Of a stretch of 64,000 bases of DNA, positions 31,505-41,316 are shown piece after piece (positions within the stretch are counted from its first letter, which is position 1; each line of letters begins with the position of its first letter). The notes below the pieces were generated by a model. It was not told the DNA's origin and ran no database searches. It saw only the letters and a program-made list of their open reading frames with translations. The DNA lies in the NCBI GenBank assembly GCA_963662315.1, contig OY759353.1:1824001-1888000 (forward strand). The letters run 5' to 3'. The translations under genes were made by a program, and so were the position numbers. The DNA comes from Geopsychrobacteraceae bacterium. Its GTDB lineage: Bacteria > Desulfobacterota > Desulfuromonadia > Desulfuromonadales > Geopsychrobacteraceae.

Positions 31505-31744
31505 TTAACGATGAGTCGCAGCTTTTTTCTCGTCGCGGCTGAAAATCCCACGCAACATGCCGATCAGCATCAACGTTGCCGGTACCAGCTGAAAAACGAT
31601 AATCAGAGCAAAAAATCCGATAAAAAGAGAGCTCAACAAACTCCCCTCACCTGCTCCGGTAGCCTCAGCTGCAAAAACACTTGATCCGGACAGTACTAAC
31701 CCTAAAGACCATAAACTCATTATTTTTTTCATGGTGCCCTCCAT
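31505..31744 (-). CDS. small membrane protein with signal peptide
   Basis: MKKIMS..VFA cleavage-like site, then LFIGFFALIIVFQLVPA; true start probably ATG 31732 (GGAGG RBS). Confidence 0.8.
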   Translation of the reverse strand: MEGTMKKIMSLWSLGLVLSGSSVFAAEATGAGEGSLLSSLFIGFFALIIVFQLVPATLMLIGMLRGIFSRDEKKAATHR

Positions 31745-31802
31745 GTGTTAAGGTGCGAACAATTCCTGTGACGATTTGCTTAACGCTTGTGCCTATCAAT
31801 AC

Positions 31803-31818
31803 TGCACTGTCTGTGCCA
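31803..31818 (-). promoter_or_regulatory. sigma54 (-24/-12) promoter
   Basis: Minus strand TGGCACAGACAGTGCA = TGGCAC with correct GG-N10-GC spacing, about 70 nt before the gene. Confidence 0.7.
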
Positions 31819-32166
31819 ATCCTTTCAGCACCCCAGACTACATCGATAACATGTCGATACTACTGATAAAATCAGAAAAATTGCTAAATTCAACACAACC
31901 ATATTATGTATATTTCTCCTATACAGAAGAGCTGAGGATACTCCCATAAAAATCCGCCAATCCATCTATAAGCTGTTTTTTTTAAAGGATTTTTCCAGAA
32001 ATCACATAGACATACAGGGATAATTCCGGGAAATATTTTATTTATCCAGTCTCTCCTCTCTGGGCGGAAACTATTGCTATACTTAATATATTCATTCAGA
32101 ACAGTCAGAAACGCCCTATGGGGTATCCGGCCTGACCATGCACAGGTCTGAAGAAAGGAGACATGA

Positions 32167-32568
32167 ATGCCACACCTCCAATTTGAACTCAACAAGCCCC
32201 TGAAAGATAGCGACAAACGCGCCTTTGCTGAACAGGTCCGCTTGCTTTTTTCAAGGGTTATGGATACGGGAACCGATCACATCAGTATTTCGCTTCGTGA
32301 GTTTCCAACCCATAACCTGTCACTAGGCCGGGTAAAAGAACCGGAGAAAGGGATTGCGCTGGTCAATGCAGATATCAGGGAAGGTCGTTCACTTGAGCAG
32401 CGGCGAAAACTGGCCCTGGGTTTTATGGATTTACTCCTGCATCACTGGGGCATACCCAAAGAACACGTGTATGTGACCCTGACCGAGCATAAAGGGGAAG
32501 ATTTTCACTTGGAAGAACGCTATCTAGCTGGCTGGCAAACCGGGGAAGATCCATTGGCCGGTATTTAG
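32167..32568 (+). CDS. tautomerase-superfamily protein
   Basis: N-terminal Met-Pro; two beta-alpha-beta repeats, GRSLEQRRKL. Confidence 0.8.
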   Translation: MPHLQFELNKPLKDSDKRAFAEQVRLLFSRVMDTGTDHISISLREFPTHNLSLGRVKEPEKGIALVNADIREGRSLEQRRKLALGFMDLLLHHWGIPKEHVYVTLTEHKGEDFHLEERYLAGWQTGEDPLAGI

Positions 32569-32589
32569 GCCGCGCTACTGACCATCAAA

Positions 32590-34200
32590 TCAGTCAATGA
32601 CGCGCTTGATCGCTTTTTGCAGATCAGCGAAACCAAACGGTTTGATAAGCGCATCGGAGAAACCAAACTGCTTAAGATTGGTTAGAACCGGATCATTGCC
32701 ATAGCCGCTGGCAACAATCAGTTTTGCGTTGGGATTAAGGGTCAGAAGTTCCAGCCCCAATTGTTTACCGCCGCGCCCACCGGCAATATCAAGATCGAGT
32801 ATAATGGCAGCAAAGGATTCTTTTCCTTGCAAAGAAGCTCGATAGAGATCTAACGCATCATTTGCCGTTTTAGCGGGCACAACTTTGCAACCAAGCTCTT
32901 CAAGCATGACTGTAGTCATATTGCGTACCAGTTCTTGATCATCGACAAGGAGAACTTTATTGATCGAGTCTGCTTCCGAAGAAGCCTGCATAGTTGCGGC
33001 AGCGGCATCCGCTGAGGCCGGTAAACGCACAATAAAAGTCGTCCCCATCCCCACCTCTGACTTTACGTTAATAGACCCCTTATGCTTATTGATGATCGAA
33101 AAAGTCGAGGCCAGCCCCAAACCATTACCTTGATTTTTTGTCGTAAAATAGGGATCGAATATTTTTTCCAGAGCGTCTGGCGGAATGCCAACCCCCTGAT
33201 CAGTGACCGAAAATTGGACAAACGGGCGAGCGGCCATAGTCAGGTTCTCCGCTTTAATGCAAATGGTCCCACCACCAGGCATGGACTGTTGAGCGTTCAG
33301 AACCAGATTGGTAATGACCTGCCCAAGCTGTCCGCGATCTGCCTCGACCAGCCATAGCTGTGGGTCGATATCACATTCAAGCTGAACATTTTTCCCCTGC
33401 AAAATAAAGGATGCATTTTCTTCCAATATGGATCCCAACTGAATGGGGCGTTTAACCGGGTCTCCTCCTTTAGCGAAGGTCATCAACTGGCTGGTCAGCC
33501 CAGTTGCATTGCCGAGAGCTTTCATAGCGGCATCGAGTAACGCCTGGGCTCGATGGTCATCCGGCAGGGAAAACTTGGTCAACTCAATATTCCCCATGAG
33601 TCCGGTCAACAGGTTATTGAAATCATGTGCGATTCCACCAGCAAGAACGCCAAGGGATTCCAGCTTTTTCAGCTTTAGCTGATGTTCCTCGGACTGCTTA
33701 CGCTGGGTGATATTATCGACAAAGCACTCAAGATAATCCCCTTGCTCGTCACGCCGTAAAGACGCGTTGAGAGATACATCTAAAGAGGTGCCATCCTGCC
33801 GCATGAATTTTGTTTCAAAGCCAATGACTGAGCCGTTCACTTCAAGACGAGTGAGTAATTTTTCATAATCGAGGGGCAAAGCGAACAGCGTGTTGCTCAG
33901 ATGTCCGCTATGGGCCAGATCTGCAACACTGTCGTAGCCACACATGGTAAGCATTGCCGGGTTGGCAACGATAATATCCCCAGTTAAACGCGCCTGAAAA
34001 ATTCCGCCAAGCGCTCCGGAAAAGATCCGTTCGTACTTGTTGCGCTCATTGCGCAATTCTTCCATCTTTTTCTGCAGTTCTGGATAATAGCTCTTCCGCG
34101 CCGAAAATCTGCCAAGTCCGATAATCCCCTGCACACTCTCTTCGGCGGTGCCATCATGAATACCAGCAGCAAGATTCTTGTCATCAGATTCGTCGGTCAT
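32590..34200 (-). CDS. cytoplasmic PAS hybrid histidine kinase (ErcS-like)
   Basis: GLG..SARKSYYPEL N-terminus, PAS, GGIAHDFNN H-box, FTTK..GNGLGL, C-terminal REC. Confidence 0.85.
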   Translation of the reverse strand: MTDESDDKNLAAGIHDGTAEESVQGIIGLGRFSARKSYYPELQKKMEELRNERNKYERIFSGALGGIFQARLTGDIIVANPAMLTMCGYDSVADLAHSGHLSNTLFALPLDYEKLLTRLEVNGSVIGFETKFMRQDGTSLDVSLNASLRRDEQGDYLECFVDNITQRKQSEEHQLKLKKLESLGVLAGGIAHDFNNLLTGLMGNIELTKFSLPDDHRAQALLDAAMKALGNATGLTSQLMTFAKGGDPVKRPIQLGSILEENASFILQGKNVQLECDIDPQLWLVEADRGQLGQVITNLVLNAQQSMPGGGTICIKAENLTMAARPFVQFSVTDQGVGIPPDALEKIFDPYFTTKNQGNGLGLASTFSIINKHKGSINVKSEVGMGTTFIVRLPASADAAAATMQASSEADSINKVLLVDDQELVRNMTTVMLEELGCKVVPAKTANDALDLYRASLQGKESFAAIILDLDIAGGRGGKQLGLELLTLNPNAKLIVASGYGNDPVLTNLKQFGFSDALIKPFGFADLQKAIKRVID

Positions 34201-34243
34201 AAATCTCCACAAGTTATTGCAAAGCAATTAATATGGCAGTTAA

Positions 34244-35404
34244 TTACATCGCTTCTTCAAAAATAACTTCGACATCACGTTTTGATGCTTTGCGTGGATT
34301 GGTCAGCATGCAAGCATCAGTCAGCGCTTTGCTCGACAGTACCGGGACATCGGAGCGGGCCACCCCCTTGTGAGTCAGATGCTGAGTAATTCCGACAGCC
34401 AGTTTAAAGGCTGATATTTCTGCCATCAAGGCATTTTTCAGCTCCTTCGAGCTCAGACCTCTGACATCCATCGCCAGTGCCGCGGCAATGACCCTGAAAC
34501 GTTCAGGTGACGCATCGAAATTAAAAGCAACGACATGGTCAAGCAGCATGGCATTACACTCACCATGAGCCAGATCAAGAGTGCCGCCCAAGCTGTGAGC
34601 CATGGCATGCACGGCCCCCAGGCTGGCATTGGAAAAAGCCAAGCCCGCCTTCATACTCCCCAGCATCACTTTCTCGCGCAGTTCAACATTGCCAGGATCT
34701 TTTAGGACCGCAGGGAGATACTGATGAATCAACCGAATCGCCTCAATCGCTTCAGAATCGGTCAACACGCCGCTGCCCGTTGAGACAAACGCCTCAATAG
34801 CATGCGTCAAGGCATCTACGCCGCAGCAGGCGGTCAGAAAATGATCTGCGGACAGAGTTGTCTCGGGGTCAATGAGAGCAACATCGGGAACAATGGCTTT
34901 ACTGACAATCGCTATTTTTTTCAGGGCCTGGCGATTACTGATGATACAGAATTGTGAAACGTCAGCGGAGGAACCCGCAGTCGTCGGAACAAAAATCAAT
35001 GGGGGAACCGGCATGCTGATACGGTCGACACCTTCGAAGTTAAGGACATTCTGGCGGTTGGAACTGACAATACCGATAGCTTTGGCACAATCCATTGGAC
35101 TGCCACCACCAACGGCAACAATCACATCGCAGCCGTTGGCGTTATACACCTCGGTCCCGGCCATCACTTCTTCGGCACGTGGATTGGGCGAGACATCGGT
35201 AAAGATCTGAAACACAATATCGGCCTCGGTCAGACTCTTTTGCACGTCTGCAAACCAGGGGGTGGCTGCGACAACCTTATCCGATACCAGCAACACATGA
35301 CTGGCCATGAATTGTTGCGCATACTTACCAACGAAGTGACGGGCACCGGAACCGAAAATAATTTCCGGAGTCACGTATTTTCTCATGTTCAGAAATTGCC
35401 CCAT
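34244..35404 (-). CDS. iron-containing alcohol dehydrogenase family protein (ErcA-like)
   Basis: RKYVTPEIIFG, GGGSPMDCAK, PTTAGSSADVSQF, DALTHAIEA, HAMAHSLG..HGECN. Confidence 0.88.
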   Translation of the reverse strand: MGQFLNMRKYVTPEIIFGSGARHFVGKYAQQFMASHVLLVSDKVVAATPWFADVQKSLTEADIVFQIFTDVSPNPRAEEVMAGTEVYNANGCDVIVAVGGGSPMDCAKAIGIVSSNRQNVLNFEGVDRISMPVPPLIFVPTTAGSSADVSQFCIISNRQALKKIAIVSKAIVPDVALIDPETTLSADHFLTACCGVDALTHAIEAFVSTGSGVLTDSEAIEAIRLIHQYLPAVLKDPGNVELREKVMLGSMKAGLAFSNASLGAVHAMAHSLGGTLDLAHGECNAMLLDHVVAFNFDASPERFRVIAAALAMDVRGLSSKELKNALMAEISAFKLAVGITQHLTHKGVARSDVPVLSSKALTDACMLTNPRKASKRDVEVIFEEAM

Positions 35405-35772
35405 TAGTACCTCTCGATCTCCGCCAACCAAATAACGCATAAAATCGCAAATTATTTATAACTATAAATGACCTAACTCAGTAAAATAGTATCAGAAAAC
35501 ACAAGTGTTAACGCCAACAAAAGATAAAAGTCAACCGTACCAGATGAAATACCCCTCAATATTGATCTGGCACCATATAATATCGACACCATCACGCTCT
35601 AAATACCATATGTAGATGTGGTTAATTTGCTTGTTCAAGTCGGTATGTCGAACATAGAACGTCCTGCAGGGCTAATCAATGCAGCCGACCACCAAGGGTC
35701 GGCAACAATAAAACAACAGCCGTCCCAGTGACGATAGAAATCTATCTTGGAGACGGCTGAGAAAATAATTGG

Positions 35773-37515
35773 TTAGAGAAGATCGGTTGGTGCAGTAAAC
35801 GGGCGTTTTTTCTTCATTTCATCTTTATGAAGATACATCTTCTGATCAGCAAACACGAGTAGATCTTTAGCGCTCGCGGCATCTTCTGGAAAGATTGCTT
35901 CGCCAATAGCGCCACTGACAATAGAAATCGTATTACCCAGGGAGATGAGGGGCTCTCCCAAAGCCTTTTCCAGAGAATTGCGTATGTGGTCCAGGTCTGC
36001 GCGGCTATCAATTCCTTCCAGCAGGACAACAAACTCATCACCAGCAAAGCGGGCGACAAAATCGTCTTTGCGGACATGGGTCCGTAAACGTAAAGCCAGC
36101 TCAATCAGAGCCTGATCGCCTGCATCATGCCCGTAACAATCATTCACCAATTTAAAATCGTTGATATCAATAAAAAACAATGCCAGCTTCAGCCCCTTTT
36201 TACTGTTCTTTACCTTTTCAATTCCACTGTTTAACGCCTGTTCAAATGCATAACGGTTGGGCAGACCAGTCAAGTGATCGGTCTGCAATCGGTACTGCAT
36301 CGCCTGAAAACTTTTGGCCAGATCGCCGATTTCATCATTGCGCCTGATATTAATCGGTTCCTCGACAAAGCCGCTCCCGATTTTATTGACGGCAACTGAC
36401 AGCTGTTTCAGGTCTGTAGTCACCCAGTGCAAAATTTTAGTCCCGACAATAATCACGATAATGGTCGCGAAAACGCCGAGCATTACGGTCTGACTGATGT
36501 TGCTGCGAATCCCTCCCATAAAATCACGGTCAGGCAGCGCGACGATATCTATCCAGCGTAAGCCAGCACTGTCCGCAAACAGTTGAAACGCCACATTAAT
36601 TTTCTCACCTTCGTCGTTAACAAAGGAGAAGGTATTGACATCTCCCCCTTGCAGATCAACTTTAAGACGTGGCTGCAGGTGAAGATAGATCTGCCTCAGC
36701 AAGAGATTCTCACTCTCTGAAGCATTAATCCGCACCACCCTGCCATCATCCAATTCCCTGACATTGGCGCTTTTGGACGAGGCAATCAACGCACCGTCAG
36801 GTTCAATAATAAAAGCCAGCCCGTTGGGTGAGATGTCCAAACCACCAACAAAATCGTTAAGCTTGCGCAGCGGCATATCCGTCGCAACAACACCGGTCAA
36901 CTGCCCATCCCGGCCAATGACACGCCGGGCACGGGTCGCGACCAGGTCTTGTGTGCCGAAATCGATATAGACCGATGTCCAGATATCTTTTTTAGACGTG
37001 CGCGCAGCCACAAACCAGGGGCGGGTACGCGGGTCAAACAGTTTCTCTTCAACAGACTTAAATTCGGGAATTCCCCCGATCCCTTTAATAAGAAAACGCT
37101 GGCGATGATCTTCCTTCCGATACTTGACGCGCAACTCGCCAGTCTCCTCGGACAAGCGAAAGAGACCGATAGCCTGTCCTTGGACATTGCCGTAATAAAC
37201 ATAATTATTGGGATCAGTATGTAATGATGTAGCGATCCACAAACGTGTCAGGATATTGCTGAAATCATCCTCAATAGATTCAGGAGCCCGCATTCCCTCT
37301 GGAAACGCTGTTTTCAAGGTTGCCACCGAACCAACGACATGCCTGTCAACGGCTTGACTAATCCGACTGACGGTCTCATGTAACAGATGTTCTGATACAG
37401 TATTGACAGCTTTACTCCCCGCGGAATATGACAGAAATCCGATCGCCAGAGCCAAAGCAAGCACCAAAGCCACGTAAGGACAAATGAGAACTGTTTTCAA
37501 AGAAAATGGTTTCAT
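35773..37515 (-). CDS. Cache-HAMP-GGDEF diguanylate cyclase
   Basis: 2 TM, DPRTRPWF Cache motif, HAMP (DEIGDLA), DHLTGLPNR, RKDD I-site, AGDEF. Confidence 0.9.
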   Translation of the reverse strand: MKPFSLKTVLICPYVALVLALALAIGFLSYSAGSKAVNTVSEHLLHETVSRISQAVDRHVVGSVATLKTAFPEGMRAPESIEDDFSNILTRLWIATSLHTDPNNYVYYGNVQGQAIGLFRLSEETGELRVKYRKEDHRQRFLIKGIGGIPEFKSVEEKLFDPRTRPWFVAARTSKKDIWTSVYIDFGTQDLVATRARRVIGRDGQLTGVVATDMPLRKLNDFVGGLDISPNGLAFIIEPDGALIASSKSANVRELDDGRVVRINASESENLLLRQIYLHLQPRLKVDLQGGDVNTFSFVNDEGEKINVAFQLFADSAGLRWIDIVALPDRDFMGGIRSNISQTVMLGVFATIIVIIVGTKILHWVTTDLKQLSVAVNKIGSGFVEEPINIRRNDEIGDLAKSFQAMQYRLQTDHLTGLPNRYAFEQALNSGIEKVKNSKKGLKLALFFIDINDFKLVNDCYGHDAGDQALIELALRLRTHVRKDDFVARFAGDEFVVLLEGIDSRADLDHIRNSLEKALGEPLISLGNTISIVSGAIGEAIFPEDAASAKDLLVFADQKMYLHKDEMKKKRPFTAPTDLL

Positions 37516-37871
37516 AGGGAAGTACTAACCATAGATGAGGGGTCATTTGACGGACAAAGCAATAATCATTTAATGAAACAACAAACACGATATTTAGCCT
37601 TTTTAACCCATTACAGGCATTGCCTCCTAGTTAATTTTTATTCCAAAAAATCGTAATAAAAATTCGATAAGAGCAATCCAACCTTTTATTATTTCCCTTG
37701 AAAGACTGAAAAACAGGCCTTTCCGCGCGAAAAAACCCGCTGAAAAAATCCGCCTATATCTGTTTTTTTTCGCCTGCCTGCTCACATGGCCCATGGTTCG
37801 ATGTATAATTTTAATTATGCAGAAGAGAATTTATCCATTAATGACCCGAAATTCCTACGGGAGGTTCAAGT

Positions 37872-39944
37872 ATGGCTCAAGCAAGAACAAGAAAGGATAA
37901 TCTATCCCTCGATAACCATCTCACCGAAATAAAACTGGGCTCGCGGAAGTTTGAAAACGCCTTTCAGAGCGTTGCCCGCATGATCCTGTCCCAACCGGTG
38001 AAAAAGGTTGTTGTCAATGGCCGCACGACCTACGATTTTGAAATTTTCCGTACCGGAAGCAAACATGCCATCGGTATGTACGATGAAATCAACAGTTTTG
38101 TTTCTTTTGTCAAAGATGCCGCCGAAGGGGGCTCTTCCAAAGAGATGGCTTATGTCCTGGTTGGCGAACCTGGCAATGGAAAAACCTTCTTTGTTGAATA
38201 CCTGTGTGGAAAATATCGGGATTTTCTCCAGATTCCAGAAAACCGTAAGTACACCTTCCGCTTTACCGGGCTGGATCAGCTCAGCAGCTATGGTCGCATC
38301 GCCACGATTGAATCCCAGACTTACGAGGATCCCATGGTTTTGGCCATGAACCTGGGAGAAACCGTCACCCAGAGTAAAGAGTTACTGGCCAAAAATTATG
38401 GCTTTGACGATAAACAGATTGACATTTTCTACGCCAATTACCGCCCTCTGGGTGCGTGCAGCAGCTACATTCTTGAAGAACTGCGGGCGGCCACGGGTGG
38501 TAAGGTCGTCGACCTGCTGAAACATATCGAGATTATTCCGGTCCCCCTAAGCGAATCCCTCGGCACCATCACCGGCAAGTACGCAGCCAAAGATAAAATA
38601 ACCTCAAGCGCCGTCGACCTGCTCGGCGAGGAGTCGATCCAGCGCCTGCTGCATATTTCTGATACCAACAACCCTTACCGCTTCGATCTAAGGCGCGGCG
38701 CCCTGGCCAGGGTCGCGGGCGGGGGTATCCATTTCAGTGATGAGATCTATAAAAACAAGAAGGACCTGGTTCAGGTCTACCTGGGAGTTATTCAAAACCG
38801 TCTGATTGAAATGGACGGCTACAAGTGGCCGATTGACACCCTGATCATTGCCACCAGTAATAATGCCGAATTCAACCGTTTTCTGTCTGAGAAAGAAGAA
38901 GCACCGATTATAGACCGCTGCCGGATCTGTTATGTCTCGCATAACACCAACTATAAAATGCAGAAAGACCTGACCGATTACGCCATCGGTAATGAAAGCA
39001 AAACCACCTTTACCGGCCAGATCCTGCACCAGGATCCCAACCTCAACTATGCTGCCAGTGTTGCCGTGGTCTTAACCCGTTTACCACACAGTGAAAAACT
39101 GACCACCATAGAAACCATGAAACTGGCCGCTGGCGAAGTCGCCGGAGAAAAGAGCATCAAAACCCTGGCAGAAGTCATTGATATCCTGAACCAGGAAGCC
39201 GATATCACCAAACGTTTCGGCCAGAAAGGGCTGGGGCAACGAAATCTGGGGCGGGCCATTCAGCTGATGATCGAATCATCAGAAACCAACGAAGGTCAGT
39301 GTATGTTTGCCTACGACATTTTCAATACCGTCGAACGGGTCATCCTTGATTATGTCGCGGACAACAATGACCGCGCCAAATACCTGGCCGACCTTAAACT
39401 GGCCAAGCAGCTTTACCGTGAACGCATCATGACAGAGATGTTCAACGCCTATATGGACGAACCGCAGGCGATCCGCAAGGATGTCATGAGTTACGTCAAC
39501 ATGGTCATCGGCATTGACGCAGACAACCTGGGACCGGACAAGATGTGGAAATACCGCGATCCCCAGACAGATGAACTCAAAGCCCTGAAAATCGATCAGC
39601 GCTTCATTCAGAATGTCGAAGACCGCCTGGGGCTGAAAACTGAGGAGCAACGGGAAAGTTTCCGCACCTCGATCCGCAAGATCTACGGTCAGAAAATCTC
39701 TATCGATCCAACCTACAACTTCATGGACAATCTGGAGTTGGTCAAGGCGGTCACTGATGTCCGCCTGAAGTCTGACATTGCCGGGGCCGGATCACTGGTC
39801 GGCGCACTGGCCAACCGGACCAACGAGGAGAACCAGAAGCTTTATGATCGCATGGTCAATACCATGCTTGGCCAACTCGGGTACTGCAAAACCTGTGCAC
39901 AAAAGACCATCGAATACTTCTGTACCCAGGAAGATGAAAGCTGA
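37872..39944 (+). CDS. prkA: PrkA/YeaG-family AAA+ serine kinase (copy 1)
   Basis: GEPGNGKT Walker A, FSDE, EEAPIIDR, C-terminal GYCKTCA. Confidence 0.88.
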   Translation: MAQARTRKDNLSLDNHLTEIKLGSRKFENAFQSVARMILSQPVKKVVVNGRTTYDFEIFRTGSKHAIGMYDEINSFVSFVKDAAEGGSSKEMAYVLVGEPGNGKTFFVEYLCGKYRDFLQIPENRKYTFRFTGLDQLSSYGRIATIESQTYEDPMVLAMNLGETVTQSKELLAKNYGFDDKQIDIFYANYRPLGACSSYILEELRAATGGKVVDLLKHIEIIPVPLSESLGTITGKYAAKDKITSSAVDLLGEESIQRLLHISDTNNPYRFDLRRGALARVAGGGIHFSDEIYKNKKDLVQVYLGVIQNRLIEMDGYKWPIDTLIIATSNNAEFNRFLSEKEEAPIIDRCRICYVSHNTNYKMQKDLTDYAIGNESKTTFTGQILHQDPNLNYAASVAVVLTRLPHSEKLTTIETMKLAAGEVAGEKSIKTLAEVIDILNQEADITKRFGQKGLGQRNLGRAIQLMIESSETNEGQCMFAYDIFNTVERVILDYVADNNDRAKYLADLKLAKQLYRERIMTEMFNAYMDEPQAIRKDVMSYVNMVIGIDADNLGPDKMWKYRDPQTDELKALKIDQRFIQNVEDRLGLKTEEQRESFRTSIRKIYGQKISIDPTYNFMDNLELVKAVTDVRLKSDIAGAGSLVGALANRTNEENQKLYDRMVNTMLGQLGYCKTCAQKTIEYFCTQEDES

Positions 39945-39952
39945 GAGTGCCT

Positions 39953-41305
39953 ATGAAATACCCGAAACAGTCAAACCCGCAGACGACCATCGTCAGGCGC
40001 GAGCAGAGCGGGCCCAGCAGAGAAGAGAAGGTTTCGATCGCGGACGCCTTACAGCGCCCCCCGGCGCCAATAAACGATATGTTTGCCACTGATGACCTGA
40101 CGGCTATGCAGAATATGGACATCAGCAAATCACCGGTGTACCAGAGTATGCGCAGCCTCGATGATCTGCTGGAGCGCGACCGAATCCGTGAAAAAGACGG
40201 TTTCCCGCGCAAAATAAAAATCGGCAAACTGGTCAAGCCTCTGCGCGGCAGTGGAAAAAAAGTCATCGTTGTGCCGACCACGGTTGAAGAAAAGTTTGTT
40301 CATGACAACCGTTTTAAAGATCAAGCCGAAGGCGGGCAGCAAGGTGGCGGACAGGGGGATGGCGAAGAAGGAGATATCGTTGATGAACAACCGGTCCATC
40401 AGAACAAGGAAGGCGAAGGGGAAGGTGCCGGACAGGGAGAAAGCAGTCCGCACGAAGTCGATGCCAGCGCCTATGATCTTGGCCGGGTCCTGACCGAGCA
40501 GTTCCAGCTGCCAAACCTGAAAGAAAAAGGGAAAAAACGCTCACTGACCCGCTATACCTACGACCTGACCGACAAAAATCGGGGATTTGGCCAGATTCTG
40601 GATAAAAAATCTACCTTGCGTCAGGTTCTGAAGACCAATATCGGCCTGGGAAAAATTACCGATCCGGACCAGATTGATCCGGCAGAGTTCCTGATCGCCC
40701 CGAAGGATCGGGTGTACCGGGTGTTGTCTCGTGAAAAGGATTATGAATCACAAGCCGTTGTATTCTTTATCCGCGACTATTCCGGCTCCATGGCTGGCAA
40801 CCCTACGGAGCTGGTTGTAACTCAGCACATTCTAATCTACAGCTGGCTGCTTTATCAGTATCGTGGTCGCGTCGACCTGCGTTTCATTCTGCACGACACC
40901 CGGGCCAAAGAAGTTCACGATTTTTACACTTACTACAACTCCCGGGTCGCCGGGGGAACCCAGGTTGCCGCCGGATACAACCTGATCAACGAAATTGTGG
41001 CCGAGGAAAGTCTGGCAACGGATAACAACATTTACATTTTCCATGGCACCGATGGTGATGACTGGGACCGTGACGGTGAACAGACGATCCTAGAGCTGAA
41101 CAAAATGCTGACCTACGCCAGTCGGGTCGGAATTACCATTGCGGAACGCTCACATGTCGCCCCCGGAACCACATTGATGGAGCTGTATCTGAAGCGTTCC
41201 GGGCTGCTGCGCCGGGCCAGTGAATCGTTGCGGGTTGATTCGATGAAGGACAATTCACCGGAAGACCGGATTATTGAAGGGATCAAGACTCTGGTTTCTG
41301 AATAG
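39953..41305 (+). CDS. YeaH/YhbH (DUF444) vWA-like protein
   Basis: Gly-rich GQGDGEEG, LPNLKEKG, RDYSGSM MIDAS, TDGDDW. Confidence 0.88.
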   Translation: MKYPKQSNPQTTIVRREQSGPSREEKVSIADALQRPPAPINDMFATDDLTAMQNMDISKSPVYQSMRSLDDLLERDRIREKDGFPRKIKIGKLVKPLRGSGKKVIVVPTTVEEKFVHDNRFKDQAEGGQQGGGQGDGEEGDIVDEQPVHQNKEGEGEGAGQGESSPHEVDASAYDLGRVLTEQFQLPNLKEKGKKRSLTRYTYDLTDKNRGFGQILDKKSTLRQVLKTNIGLGKITDPDQIDPAEFLIAPKDRVYRVLSREKDYESQAVVFFIRDYSGSMAGNPTELVVTQHILIYSWLLYQYRGRVDLRFILHDTRAKEVHDFYTYYNSRVAGGTQVAAGYNLINEIVAEESLATDNNIYIFHGTDGDDWDRDGEQTILELNKMLTYASRVGITIAERSHVAPGTTLMELYLKRSGLLRRASESLRVDSMKDNSPEDRIIEGIKTLVSE

Positions 41306-41316
41306 AGGAACGCCTT

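Noticed and set aside
35640..35760. Hairpins downstream of the diguanylate cyclase as a c-di-GMP riboswitch
   Set aside because: GEMM consensus (GGCAAA/GAAA tetraloop/GACGCAAA) absent; better explained as terminators
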